Of a DNA stretch of 64,000 bases, positions 9,615-19,385 are shown one piece after another. The first letter of the stretch is position 1, and every line of letters begins with the position of its first letter. The translations under genes were made by a program, and so were the position numbers. Where the stretch lies: assembly GCA_965205485.1 (NCBI GenBank), contig OZ242180.1, positions 3,584,001-3,648,000 on the forward strand. The letters run 5' to 3'. The notes under the pieces were generated by a model. The model ran no database searches and was not told the DNA's origin. It saw nothing but the letters and a program-made list of their open reading frames with translations. This stretch comes from Candidatus Latescibacterota bacterium (GTDB lineage Bacteria; Latescibacterota; UBA2968; GCA-2709665).

Positions 9615-10538
9615 ATGGGAACGGTAGTGTCGGTTCGGGGCGAGATCGACGGCGAAGATCTGGGCATCGTGGATTACCATGAACACCTCTATTTCGACGC
9701 CCCGGACTGGCTGCTGAGAGAAGATCGGGATTTCCGGCTGAACAGCGTGGAGCGGTCTGCCGAGGAGCTTCGATCCTGGGCGCGCGCGGGCGGCAGGACC
9801 CTGATCGAGATGTCGGCGATCGACTTCGGCCGGAATGTCCGGCAGGTGGTCAGGATAGCTGATCTGGTACCTGACGTGCACGTGGTTGTCATCACGGGAT
9901 ACAACAAGCCCTATTTCTGTGACCGCGCGATCCTGAATCAGGATGAAGACGCAATGGTCCGGAATTGTATCCGGGATATCGAGACAGGCATCGACGGCAC
10001 CGGCGTGAAGGCCGGCATCGTCAAGGGAGGCAGCGGATACAATACGTTTCAGGAGGCCGACAGGAAGCTCATGCGCATCGCGGCGAAGGTGCACGTGGAA
10101 ACCGGCGTGCCCGTGATGACCCACACGGAAGCCGGCACGATGGGTAACGACCAGGTCTCGCTCCTTGACGCGCAGGGCGTACCGCCGGACCGCGTATGTC
10201 TGAGTCACATGGACAGGAATCCGGATTTCTGGGAGCACAGGCGAATTGCGGAAACAGGGGCTTATCTGGGCTACGACTGCCCGGGCAAGGTGAAGTACGG
10301 ACCGGACGAAATGCGCATTGACCTGCTGAAGCGGATGATCGACGCAGGGCTGGGCGACCGCATTCTGCTGGGCAACGATCTGGGCCGGCCCAGTTACTGG
10401 CGAAGCTACGGTGGCGGTCCCGGCCTGGACTTCGTGCTGACCCGGTTCGTGCCCCGGCTTCGGGAAGAGGGCGTATCCGACGCCGCGATCCAGGACCTGC
10501 TGGAGAACAACCCGCGGCGTTTTCTGACCGGGGAATGA
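9615..10538 (+). CDS. Phosphotriesterase-related (PHP-like) amidohydrolase/lactonase
   Basis: YHEHL, KAGIVK, THT, SHMDR, LGND, NPRRFL. Confidence 0.92.
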   Translation: MGTVVSVRGEIDGEDLGIVDYHEHLYFDAPDWLLREDRDFRLNSVERSAEELRSWARAGGRTLIEMSAIDFGRNVRQVVRIADLVPDVHVVVITGYNKPYFCDRAILNQDEDAMVRNCIRDIETGIDGTGVKAGIVKGGSGYNTFQEADRKLMRIAAKVHVETGVPVMTHTEAGTMGNDQVSLLDAQGVPPDRVCLSHMDRNPDFWEHRRIAETGAYLGYDCPGKVKYGPDEMRIDLLKRMIDAGLGDRILLGNDLGRPSYWRSYGGGPGLDFVLTRFVPRLREEGVSDAAIQDLLENNPRRFLTGE

Positions 10539-10565
10539 CGCCACCATTTGCGATGGGTCCGGGCT

Positions 10566-12064
10566 ATGCCACTGGTAATCGGAATTGACCTGGGGACGTC
10601 CAGCACGAAGACGATTGCGTTGGATGAAAGCGGCGTCGTATTAGCAACTGCCAGTGCGAGTTACGAATTGCAGACGCCGCACCCGGGATGGGTGGAGCAG
10701 GACGCGGGCGACTGGTGGACGGCGATCTGCAAGACAACCCGGGCGGTTGCGGCCGACCTGTGGGCGCAGGGACGGTCCGTGGATGAAATCCGGGGTGTTT
10801 CACTGTCCGGACATATGAACGGGGCCGTTTTCGTGGACGGCGCCGGCAACCCGTTGCGGGCGCCCATTCTCTGGCTCGACCGTCGTTCGCAGGCCGAATG
10901 CGACTCGGCGAACGCGCACGCGGGGGACCTGCTGCGGACCCGGGCCATGCACGTGATGAATCCCATCAACACGCTGGCCAAGGTGTTGTGGGTCCGCGCT
11001 CACGAGGGGGAAGTTTACGAAAAGGCGCGGTTAGTGCTGATCCCGAAGGACTGGGTGCGATTCCGGATGACGGGTACATTCGGTACTGACGTATCGGACG
11101 CATCGGTATCCGCGGCCGCGGATGTCCGGGCGAGGAATTGGAGCGGTGAGATACTTGACGCGCTGGAGGTGCGTCGCGATCTTTTTCCCGATATCTCGGA
11201 GTCTCCGGAGGTGATCGGAGCGTTGACCGGCGCAGCTTCCCGTGAAATGGGGCTGGCAGCGAACACACCCGTCTGCGCCGGCGGCGGCGATGTTGCCTGT
11301 CTCGCGGTGGGCAGCGGGGTGATCAGTCCGGGCGTCGTAAACGTGGGCATCGGCACGGCGGGGCACGCGCTCGCGTTCGCGGAGAGATTGGATCCCGCGG
11401 CTTATAACAGGCTCTGGCCGATGTGTCATTCGGTACCGGGCGCCTTCTTCTGGCTGGGGTGTTCATATACGTGCGGGGCGAGTCTGGCGTGGTTGAGTCG
11501 ACAGATGGGAGAAGACGTCGCTTCTCTGACCCGGCAGGCGGAAGATGCGCCCTTGGGCAGCGAAGGGCTGTTCTTTCTTCCCTGGCTGGAGGGGGCGGCA
11601 ACGCCCCACCCTGACGCGCGCGCCCGGGGCGGATGGATCGGGCTGACCCTGCGCCATACGAAGGCGCACCTGGTCCGCTCGCTGATGGAGGGCGTGGCGT
11701 TCGACCTGAGACGATCTCTGGAGTGTTTCGAAGACATCGGGCTGCCAATCGAGGACCTGCGAATAGGCGAGGGCGGCGCGCGGTCCGCGTTATGGCGTCA
11801 GATCCAGGTCGACGTGTTCGGACGCGACGCACGGGTCCTGGAAGTGCAGCATGCGTCGGCGCTGGGCGCGGCCCTGATCGCCGGCGTGGGCGTGGGTGTA
11901 TTTCCCGATTTTGAAACGGCCTGCGAACGCTCGGTGGTCTGGGCGAAGCCGTCCGGTGCGGCGGGAAGCGCGCGATCCGTTACGAGAAGCAGTTTCAGCG
12001 GTACCGCGGCCTGTATCCGAGCCTGAAAGGCTGGTTTAACGAGAACACGACAACGGCGCCATAG
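10566..12064 (+). CDS. FGGY family carbohydrate kinase (xylulokinase-like) with an apparent 1-bp frameshift near 11939
   Basis: IGIDLGTSSTK, ILWLDRR, PKDWVR..TG...TD.SDAS, GGGD, EGVAF; frame stops at 12026, but a canonical tail YEKQFQRYRGLYPSLKGWF continues in another frame to TAG 12062-12064. Confidence 0.85.
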
Positions 12065-12140
12065 TCCGCTATTCATACCGGGATGCGGACACACGAAAAC
12101 CCGGTTTTCATACTTGCAGCTTCGATGAGGAGCTCACGCA

Positions 12141-12521
12141 ATGGATAAGGCTTTTGAGCGACCCTACAGACCCTTGAACCTCGACGATTCGTGGATCGAG
12201 TCCTTTCCGCTGAAGGCCATGGCCCGACAGCTCATGGACGAAGATGCGTATGGCGAATCGGGCCGGAACGCGCTGACGCTGGTTCGCGGGGATAAGATGA
12301 CCTTGGTCCTTACCGTAATAAGGGCGGGGACAGCTTTGCACGAACACCGTGCCCCGGGCCCGGCGACCGTGATTCCGCTGAGCGGGAACATCCGGATGTC
12401 GGGTGGTCATGAGAAAATGACCCTGGAACCCGGATCGGCGGTTTCGTTCACGCCGGACGTCCTTCACGCGGTGGAGGCCGTCGAAGACAGCGCGTTTCTC
12501 ATCGTGATCGGCGGGAGATAG
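12141..12521 (+). CDS. Cupin domain protein
   Basis: LHEHRAPG and VLHAVEA cupin motifs; RBS GAGGAG. Confidence 0.85.
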   Translation: MDKAFERPYRPLNLDDSWIESFPLKAMARQLMDEDAYGESGRNALTLVRGDKMTLVLTVIRAGTALHEHRAPGPATVIPLSGNIRMSGGHEKMTLEPGSAVSFTPDVLHAVEAVEDSAFLIVIGGR

Positions 12522-12557
12522 ACGAGGCGCGCGGTTACAAATGGGAGATTTCCTGAT

Positions 12558-13361
12558 ATGGAAACGCTGAGCGAAGCGCAGGTCGCCTTTTTTCGTGAAA
12601 ACGGATACATCCGCCTCGAAGGCATGTTCTCTCCCGGCGAAGTCCGGGAGATGGGCGACGAACTGGACTACATCATGAAGGAGTTCGCGAACTGGGATTC
12701 CGCCTGGAAGGGGCCCTGGCGGAAGGAGTATATGGACGAAGAGGAGGACGCGGTGGCAACGCTGGTGGCCATCCATGAGTTGCAGCACTATTCCGCGGCC
12801 TGGTCCCGCGCCATTACGAAGCGGGAATTGGGTGCCGCGGTAGGCGATCTCCTGGGATCGGAGGCCGTTGAATTGCACCATGTCACACTGCACGCGAAGC
12901 CGCCGGACAAGGGGGCGCCGTTTCCCATGCACCAGGACCTGCCGTTTTTCCCGCACGAAGACGGAAGATACACGGATTGCCTGGTACACCTGGACGACGC
13001 CGACGAAACCAGCGGATGCATCAAGTTCCTCAAGGGATCGCACCGGCTCGGCAAGCTGGAGCATATCACGGGCGCCGGTACCGCGCCCCACCTGCCAACG
13101 GACCGGTACCGGCTTCAGGATGCCGTTTCGGTGCCGGCCAGGGCCGGCGACGTGGTCCTGTTCTACCTCTGGACCATCCACGGGTCGGCCGTGAATCACA
13201 GCGGAAACTGGCGTCGCCTGGTACGGCTCGGTTTCAGAGATCCCCGCAACCGGCAGGAAGGCGGGCAGGGCATGGGGCGGCCCGGCTTTATCGTCAAAGG
13301 CGTCCGGCCCAGGGTGGAGGGGGTAGAGGTGGACGTGTACGGAAACTGGGCGCAGAATTGA
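12558..13361 (+). CDS. Phytanoyl-CoA dioxygenase (PhyH) family protein
   Basis: FFRENGY, KPP, PMHQD, KGSH, TIHGS..N. Confidence 0.92.
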   Translation: METLSEAQVAFFRENGYIRLEGMFSPGEVREMGDELDYIMKEFANWDSAWKGPWRKEYMDEEEDAVATLVAIHELQHYSAAWSRAITKRELGAAVGDLLGSEAVELHHVTLHAKPPDKGAPFPMHQDLPFFPHEDGRYTDCLVHLDDADETSGCIKFLKGSHRLGKLEHITGAGTAPHLPTDRYRLQDAVSVPARAGDVVLFYLWTIHGSAVNHSGNWRRLVRLGFRDPRNRQEGGQGMGRPGFIVKGVRPRVEGVEVDVYGNWAQN

Positions 13362-13395
13362 TCGTCAACTCCGTGTCAGACGTGTTGGGCCGTAT

Positions 13396-14607
13396 ATGAA
13401 TGAACCTGCGGTGCTGCTTGAATGTAACCGTAACGATCAGAACGGCGTCTCGTACGCTTTTTCCGGATGCGTCGGTCAGGTTGTCGCCCACTGTCCGACG
13501 ACAGTGTACGCGGCGCTGAAGGAGGTGGACCGTGCCGTATCCCGCGGCCTGCACGCCGCGGGATACATCGCGTACGAAGCGGCCGCCGGACTGGATCCCG
13601 CGCAGAAGACCCGCCCGCCGGGTGCAATGCCCCTGGTCTGGTTCGGTTTATTTGAAAGGCGGATTCCGGCGAAGGAGGCCGGTTCCCGGCCGGATCGCGC
13701 ATATTCGGTTTCGGGATGGCGTCCTTCCATCAGTAAAGCGGAGTACGAGGACGTGGTGGGCAGGATCCGCGGTTATATTGCGGCGGGCGATACGTATCAG
13801 GTCAATTTCACCTATCGGATGCGGGCGGATTTCGAAGGAGACGCCGCCGCCTTCTATTCGGACCTGTGCCGCTCGCAGCGGACCGCATATTCGGCCTATG
13901 TGGATTCCGGACGTTTTCAGGTTCTTTCGGCGTCCCCCGAGCTGTTTTTCCGTTTGAAGTCGGGTGAATTGACCGCTCGACCGATGAAGGGAACGAGGCG
14001 TCGCGGCAGGTTTCCGGAGGAGGACCGTTTCCTGTCAGACGACCTGAGAACGTCGCCTAAAGATCGGGCGGAGAACGTGATGATCGTGGATATGCTCCGG
14101 AACGACCTCGGGCGGGTGTCGATAACCGGCAGCGTAGAAGCCCCAACGCTCTGGGAGGTGGAACGATATGAGACGGTGCTGCAGATGACGTCCACCGTAC
14201 GTTCCCGTCTCCGAAACGGAGTCGGAGTTTCAGACATACTCAGATCGGCTTTTCCATGCGGTTCAGTTACCGGTGCGCCAAAGGTGCGGACCATGGAGAT
14301 CATCTCGGAGCTGGAGGACTCCCCTCGAGGGGTCTATACAGGCAGCGTCGGATACGTATCTCCCGGACCCGAGGCCCAGTTCAATGTCGCCATCCGTACG
14401 GTTACGGTCGACCGGGAGAAAGCGCTCGCGGAGTTTGGCGTGGGCAGCGGCGTGACGTACGATTCCAGTGCAGGAAACGAGTACGAGGAATGCCGGACCA
14501 AGGCGCGCATGTTGATGGATGTCGGGACGGGTTTTCGGGGCTCGGTGAACGGAATCGCAAACCTTGACCGACCCGGTCAGCCGGCAGAGGCGACCCGAAT
14601 GGCTTAG
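13396..14607 (+). CDS. pabB: Aminodeoxychorismate synthase component I
   Basis: GDTYQVN, SASPELFF, PMKGT, KDRAENVMIVDMLRNDLGR, FPCGSVTGAPK. Confidence 0.9.
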   Translation: MNEPAVLLECNRNDQNGVSYAFSGCVGQVVAHCPTTVYAALKEVDRAVSRGLHAAGYIAYEAAAGLDPAQKTRPPGAMPLVWFGLFERRIPAKEAGSRPDRAYSVSGWRPSISKAEYEDVVGRIRGYIAAGDTYQVNFTYRMRADFEGDAAAFYSDLCRSQRTAYSAYVDSGRFQVLSASPELFFRLKSGELTARPMKGTRRRGRFPEEDRFLSDDLRTSPKDRAENVMIVDMLRNDLGRVSITGSVEAPTLWEVERYETVLQMTSTVRSRLRNGVGVSDILRSAFPCGSVTGAPKVRTMEIISELEDSPRGVYTGSVGYVSPGPEAQFNVAIRTVTVDREKALAEFGVGSGVTYDSSAGNEYEECRTKARMLMDVGTGFRGSVNGIANLDRPGQPAEATRMA

Positions 14608-14677
14608 CGGGAAGCCGCGACCCCTGTCTTGCCGGTAACGATGCAGGAATCCATTGTCCGCGAAACGGTTGCCGACT

Positions 14678-15307
14678 ATGAATACCAACAGGTTCTCCAT
14701 TGCCGAGGCGCTCCGCTTCGGTTGGCGGACAACATTGGACAATCTTGGGTATTTTCTCAGCATCGGGTTTCTGTACCTGGTCATCACTGTGGCTCTGAAC
14801 GGCGCAGTCTACAAGGTGAATGCATACTCGGAGGGCTGGGCGTTCCTTGCCGGTATCGTCGCATTGGTCGCCGGCATGATCATGGACGTGGGGTTGGCGG
14901 CTATTTCCCTGCGTTTCGCGGACGGTCGAACGGCGCGCGTCTCGGATCTCTTCATCCACTATCCATTGGCGCCCACGTACTTTATCGCGACCCTTCTCGC
15001 GACACTGATCGTGCTTGTCGGCCTCGTTCTGCTGATTGTGCCTGGAATCTTCCTTTTGATATTGTTTCTGTTCTATGCCTATCCCATCGTGGACGAAGGC
15101 GCGGGCGCGGTGGCGGCGCTGCGCCGAAGCGCCGCAACGACCAGGGGCGCGAGGTGGCGCCTGTTTCTTTTCGGTCTGCTCACGGTGCTGATCAATGTCG
15201 CCGGTTTCCTTTGTCTTGTGGTTGGATTGTTGCTTACCGTACCTGCGACACTCCTGGCGTACGCGTATGCGTTCAGGCAACTGCAGGCGCAGGAAAGCGG
15301 CGCGTAA
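14678..15307 (+). CDS. Integral membrane protein (DUF975-like)
   Basis: Several hydrophobic helices, GLVLLIVPGI, ALRRS motif. Confidence 0.7.
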   Translation: MNTNRFSIAEALRFGWRTTLDNLGYFLSIGFLYLVITVALNGAVYKVNAYSEGWAFLAGIVALVAGMIMDVGLAAISLRFADGRTARVSDLFIHYPLAPTYFIATLLATLIVLVGLVLLIVPGIFLLILFLFYAYPIVDEGAGAVAALRRSAATTRGARWRLFLFGLLTVLINVAGFLCLVVGLLLTVPATLLAYAYAFRQLQAQESGA

Positions 15308-15325
15308 TTCGAAGCTGGAGGTGCC

Positions 15326-16504
15326 ATGTATCGCATCGGCGACCTGGAACTTGGGCGTGTTGAGAAATTGTTCAGAGACGGAGGTCTCTTTCGATACGGA
15401 CGCACAGGCGAATGCGAACGGTTCGAGGCCAGTTGGGCGAAGCACCTGGGCGTGAAGTACGCCAGGATGACCACCAGCGGGACGTCCGCGCTATATTGTG
15501 CGCTGGTGGGAATGAAGGTGGGCCCCGGCGACGAGGTCATCGTCCCGGCCTGTACCTATATGGCCACGGCGCTGGCGGTACTGTCGGCGGGCGCCATACC
15601 CGTCGTGGCCGACGTGGACGAGTCGATCACGCTCTCCGCGGAAGACGTGGAACGCAGACTGTCGCCCAATACAAAGGCGATCATCCCCGTGCATATGTGG
15701 GGTCTGCCGTGCAACATGAAGGCGCTGATGCGCGTTGCGCGCCGGCACAAACTGCTCGTACTCGAGGACGCATGCCAGGCGGTGGGCGGCGCGTACGAAG
15801 GAAGGATGCTGGGATCGATCGGACACGCGGGCGCCTTCAGTTTCAACTTCTACAAGAATATCTCCAGCGGCGAGGGAGGGGCGTTCGTCACCAGCAACAA
15901 GGTGGTTTTCGGACGCGCCTCCGTGGCGTCGGATTGCTGTTCGTTCTACTGGAACCCGGACCAGAAGAAGGAGGACGAGCAATTCGCGGGACATAATTTC
16001 CGGGCCCCGGAAGTCTCGGGCGCCATTCTGAACGCCCAGCTGCGGCGGCTCGACGGGATGCTGGAGAAAATGGGCGCCCACAAACGGCAGTTGCTGGAGG
16101 CCGGCAGGGCCGCGGGCCTGACCTCAATCGTCAACAACAGCCTGGGGTATGAATGCGCCAGCAATCTGGGTTTCATCTTTTCGAATGAAGAGTCAGCAAG
16201 GGCTTTCGCGGACGGTCTGAGCGGGAACGGCGCGCGCGGATTCCTGCCCATCGATACAGGGCGGCACGTCTATACCCGATGGGACCCGATCATGAGAAAA
16301 CAGGGGGCGCACCACCCCGATATGAATCCCTACAACTTCCCGTCGAACCGGAAGCTGAACGTGAAGTACACAATGGATATGTGCAGCGATTCCCTGGACA
16401 TAATGAGCCGGGCCGTGTTGATCCCGATGCATCCGGACAATACGCAAGCCCGGGTGCGAAAGATGGCGGAAGCGATCAGGAAAGCGGCAGGCGCGTCTCG
16501 CTGA
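15326..16504 (+). CDS. DegT/DnrJ/EryC1/StrS PLP-dependent aminotransferase
   Basis: SGTSAL, GDEVIVP, PVHMWG, EDACQA, FSFNFYKNISSGEGG. Confidence 0.92.
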   Translation: MYRIGDLELGRVEKLFRDGGLFRYGRTGECERFEASWAKHLGVKYARMTTSGTSALYCALVGMKVGPGDEVIVPACTYMATALAVLSAGAIPVVADVDESITLSAEDVERRLSPNTKAIIPVHMWGLPCNMKALMRVARRHKLLVLEDACQAVGGAYEGRMLGSIGHAGAFSFNFYKNISSGEGGAFVTSNKVVFGRASVASDCCSFYWNPDQKKEDEQFAGHNFRAPEVSGAILNAQLRRLDGMLEKMGAHKRQLLEAGRAAGLTSIVNNSLGYECASNLGFIFSNEESARAFADGLSGNGARGFLPIDTGRHVYTRWDPIMRKQGAHHPDMNPYNFPSNRKLNVKYTMDMCSDSLDIMSRAVLIPMHPDNTQARVRKMAEAIRKAAGASR

Positions 16505-16513
16505 GGAGGACAC

Positions 16514-17470
16514 ATGAAGGCGGCGTGGGACTGGCACCTGCCCGTTGAGACGGAGACGCAGCAGCGGGAGATCGTGGAATTCGCGTGTGATCTGGGTTTC
16601 GACACCCTGATCGTGCGGGACCCGTCCGAGGCGATGGCGCGGCGGGGCGAAGCGCTGGGCGTCAGGATCGTCGCGATCGTGTACGCGCGTCCGTCAGACG
16701 CGTTCGCCGCGGACCACCCGGAATGTCTGCAGCGGCTGCTTCCCGGAGAGGACGAGATTGCCCGCGCCGGACACGAGGTTTCCCCGGCTAACTTCCAACT
16801 GTTGTCGCACCGGTGGTTTTCCATCGTGCAGGACGGCGCCACGTTGTGCTTCGAGCACGAGGCTTCGAGGTCGTTCCTGAAGGACCGGGTGAGCCGGGCG
16901 CTGGAAATCGCGGACGGTGTATCGTTCGACGGGTTCGGCTTCAGGAACCACTATGCGTGTTTCTGCGATCGATGCGCGGACATCCGGAAGATGATGGCCG
17001 CCGAACAGCCCGAGGCACACGAACCCGAACTGCTTGCGCGGATGTCTGAAACAAGTCTGATCGGGGTGTCCGACATCCTGTGCGAACACGCGAAGGCGAT
17101 AAAGCCGGATGCGATCGTCACCAACCACGTCTGGCCGCCGTTCTATCCCAACGAATACTACGGAAACGGGCTCCGGCTGGATTTTTGTACGCAGACGATT
17201 TCCTGGTTCTATCCTCCGCACTGGAGCCTTGAGCGCGTGGAATTCGAGACCGCCGAGATGAAGCGGCTCGAGGACCCGAAGCGGAACACGTTCGTGCCGT
17301 TCATCGGGCTCTATGCGGATCCGTATCTCGTTCGTTCTCCAGACCGTGTGCGGGCGGAGTTCGACATCGCTCGCAGATACGTCAAAAACCACGTCGTATT
17401 GTGCAACCTCGAAACACCGCGTCGCTATCCCGAGATTGCGGCCGTGGTCAGGGACGCATTGGAAGCATGA
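16514..17470 (+). CDS. Hypothetical protein, possible glycoside hydrolase-like TIM barrel
   Basis: RBS GAGGAGG; DGVSFDG and CFCDRC motifs recall GH-like barrels with a Cys cluster. Confidence 0.55.
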   Translation: MKAAWDWHLPVETETQQREIVEFACDLGFDTLIVRDPSEAMARRGEALGVRIVAIVYARPSDAFAADHPECLQRLLPGEDEIARAGHEVSPANFQLLSHRWFSIVQDGATLCFEHEASRSFLKDRVSRALEIADGVSFDGFGFRNHYACFCDRCADIRKMMAAEQPEAHEPELLARMSETSLIGVSDILCEHAKAIKPDAIVTNHVWPPFYPNEYYGNGLRLDFCTQTISWFYPPHWSLERVEFETAEMKRLEDPKRNTFVPFIGLYADPYLVRSPDRVRAEFDIARRYVKNHVVLCNLETPRRYPEIAAVVRDALEA

Positions 17471-17581
17471 GACCGAATGTCAGGCACGCACGGACGCGGG
17501 AACCGACGGATTTCCGGCGCCTTCGTGAGTCAATTGCATTTAGGCGCCGCGCCCGATAATCCCTTCTGTGATGCCGTCTGG

Positions 17582-19381
17582 CTACTCCAGCTGAATCTTT
17601 CCCAGGTAGGTTTTCTGTAGGGTACGTTTCCACCAGTCGCCGGTCCGGCGTTTTTCGTCCGGAGTCGTGAAGCGATAGTCGTACAGTTGCGCCCGCAGGT
17701 ACTGCGGGGGGCTGCCGGGAAAGGGGTTCCGCGCAAGCAGGTCGGTAACCGGCGGCGATCCTTCGAGGAGCCGTCGACAGAGGTCGACGAACCATGGACT
17801 CTGACGATAGTGGCCAAGCGCGGCGAACCACATCTGCCAGTCCAGACGGGGCTGGTGCGGCGCCACAACCGGGGGCCGTCTTTTCGGATCGCCCGGCTTA
17901 TATCGAAACTCATAGGGGTGCCAGGTTTTGCCGTCCCTGCTGCCTTCGAGGACGACTTCCGGCCGCCGCGTGGTCATCACCTGGAAGAGCCCGTAGGTGT
18001 TCACGATATTGTAAGGGGTCACTGCATGACTGAGAGCGACCACGGGATGGGGCCAGGTCACTTTCAGGCGCAGGCTGAAGCTGCAGAGATACACGAGACT
18101 CAGGATCACGACGACAGCGGCAAGGGGTACGGCCGCCAGCCTTTGCAGGGCGGGTGAGTATCCACTCTCGCGACCGGAAGACGGAACTCTGAGCTGTTTC
18201 GGCCAAGACGCGTCATCGATAAGCCACAGGCAGAGCGCCGCCGCAAGCAGATTGAAAAATGTATAGTTGCCGGTAAGCGCGATACCGAACTGCAGGCCGA
18301 CGAGCAGCGCGCAGGCCGCGATCCGGACGCGCCGGGGTCCGAAGATGAAGAAAGGCGCCGCCAGTTCGATGGCGAACATAACGACCACGGAGACGAGGTG
18401 GATGATTTCCGGCAGATGATGGACGTACCAGGCCAGCGGATTGGGAAGGGGCTGCGTCTGGTAATGGTAGGTAAGCGCGCTCAGGTCACGCCAGGTCGCG
18501 TCTCCGCTGGTGAGCTTGACAATGCCTGAGGCGAACATGAAGCGGAACAGCAGCCAGCGATAGAGCCAGGCGACGAGGCGTGAGGGCGTAAATGCGCCGC
18601 CTCCGGTGGGAAGTTTCCAGGGTGCGAGAAACACGGCCAGCAGACCGGCTTCGAGGAGCAGGACGTCCCATTGGAACGACAGAAAGGGGCCGCCAGCCGT
18701 TACAAAGGAAAGATATCCGATCCACAGGAGCAGGAAAAACAGGCCGCAAGCCGGAAAGATTACGGCGGCACCGGCGAGCAGCGTTCCGGCCCCGCAGAGG
18801 ACATGGATGAACGTGTCGCTCTGATCGAACCAGAACAGTGTCGGAAAACGGAGCGGGTGGTCCTTTTCCGCGGCCAGTCGAACGGATTCTTCGATCGGCT
18901 GGATGCCCTTTGCGCCGATGAGGCCGTGCGCCTGCACCCAGAACGACAGGAAAGCGATCAGGTAAGTCAAGGCCAGGGCGCGCAGGAACAGGTCGGCGGA
19001 AGTCCGGTACGCGGGCCGGCGGAGGTCCTTTCCCCAAAGCCATCGGCAAACCGTCGACACCGTGTTCCGGTTACGGGCGACCAACCGGTAACCGGCTTCA
19101 GCTGCTCCGGCAAACCAGGGCAGCCGGCGGTAGGCCCACCACAGCAGCCTTCCAGTCGGCCCGGTGAACGCAAGTACACACAACGCCGCCCTGGCGCCGC
19201 TGTAGACTACGCCGTCCGGGCCGATCCACTGGACGGCGTTTTCAAATTTCTCCGGGGATATCTGCGGAAACCGGTGGCCGACCTCCTGCGACGGCGCGAA
19301 CTCAACCCGATCGCCGGTGGCGGCGCGAATTCGGTCCACCCAACGCGTGCAGAAGGCGCAGTTGCCGTCGTAGACAAGCAT
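17582..19381 (-). CDS. Lipase maturation factor (LMF) family protein with N-terminal DCC (DUF393) thiol-disulfide domain
   Basis: YDGNCAFC N-terminus; FQWDVLLLEAG, HYQTQPLP, TGNYTFFN, NTYGLF, PHQPRLDWQMWF. Confidence 0.9.
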   Translation of the reverse strand: MLVYDGNCAFCTRWVDRIRAATGDRVEFAPSQEVGHRFPQISPEKFENAVQWIGPDGVVYSGARAALCVLAFTGPTGRLLWWAYRRLPWFAGAAEAGYRLVARNRNTVSTVCRWLWGKDLRRPAYRTSADLFLRALALTYLIAFLSFWVQAHGLIGAKGIQPIEESVRLAAEKDHPLRFPTLFWFDQSDTFIHVLCGAGTLLAGAAVIFPACGLFFLLLWIGYLSFVTAGGPFLSFQWDVLLLEAGLLAVFLAPWKLPTGGGAFTPSRLVAWLYRWLLFRFMFASGIVKLTSGDATWRDLSALTYHYQTQPLPNPLAWYVHHLPEIIHLVSVVVMFAIELAAPFFIFGPRRVRIAACALLVGLQFGIALTGNYTFFNLLAAALCLWLIDDASWPKQLRVPSSGRESGYSPALQRLAAVPLAAVVVILSLVYLCSFSLRLKVTWPHPVVALSHAVTPYNIVNTYGLFQVMTTRRPEVVLEGSRDGKTWHPYEFRYKPGDPKRRPPVVAPHQPRLDWQMWFAALGHYRQSPWFVDLCRRLLEGSPPVTDLLARNPFPGSPPQYLRAQLYDYRFTTPDEKRRTGDWWKRTLQKTYLGKIQLE

Positions 19382-19385
19382 CGGA

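Noticed and set aside
14500..14680. Possible lost PabC (aminotransferase IV) domain after pabB
   Set aside because: No recognisable PabC remnant; stand-alone PabB is common
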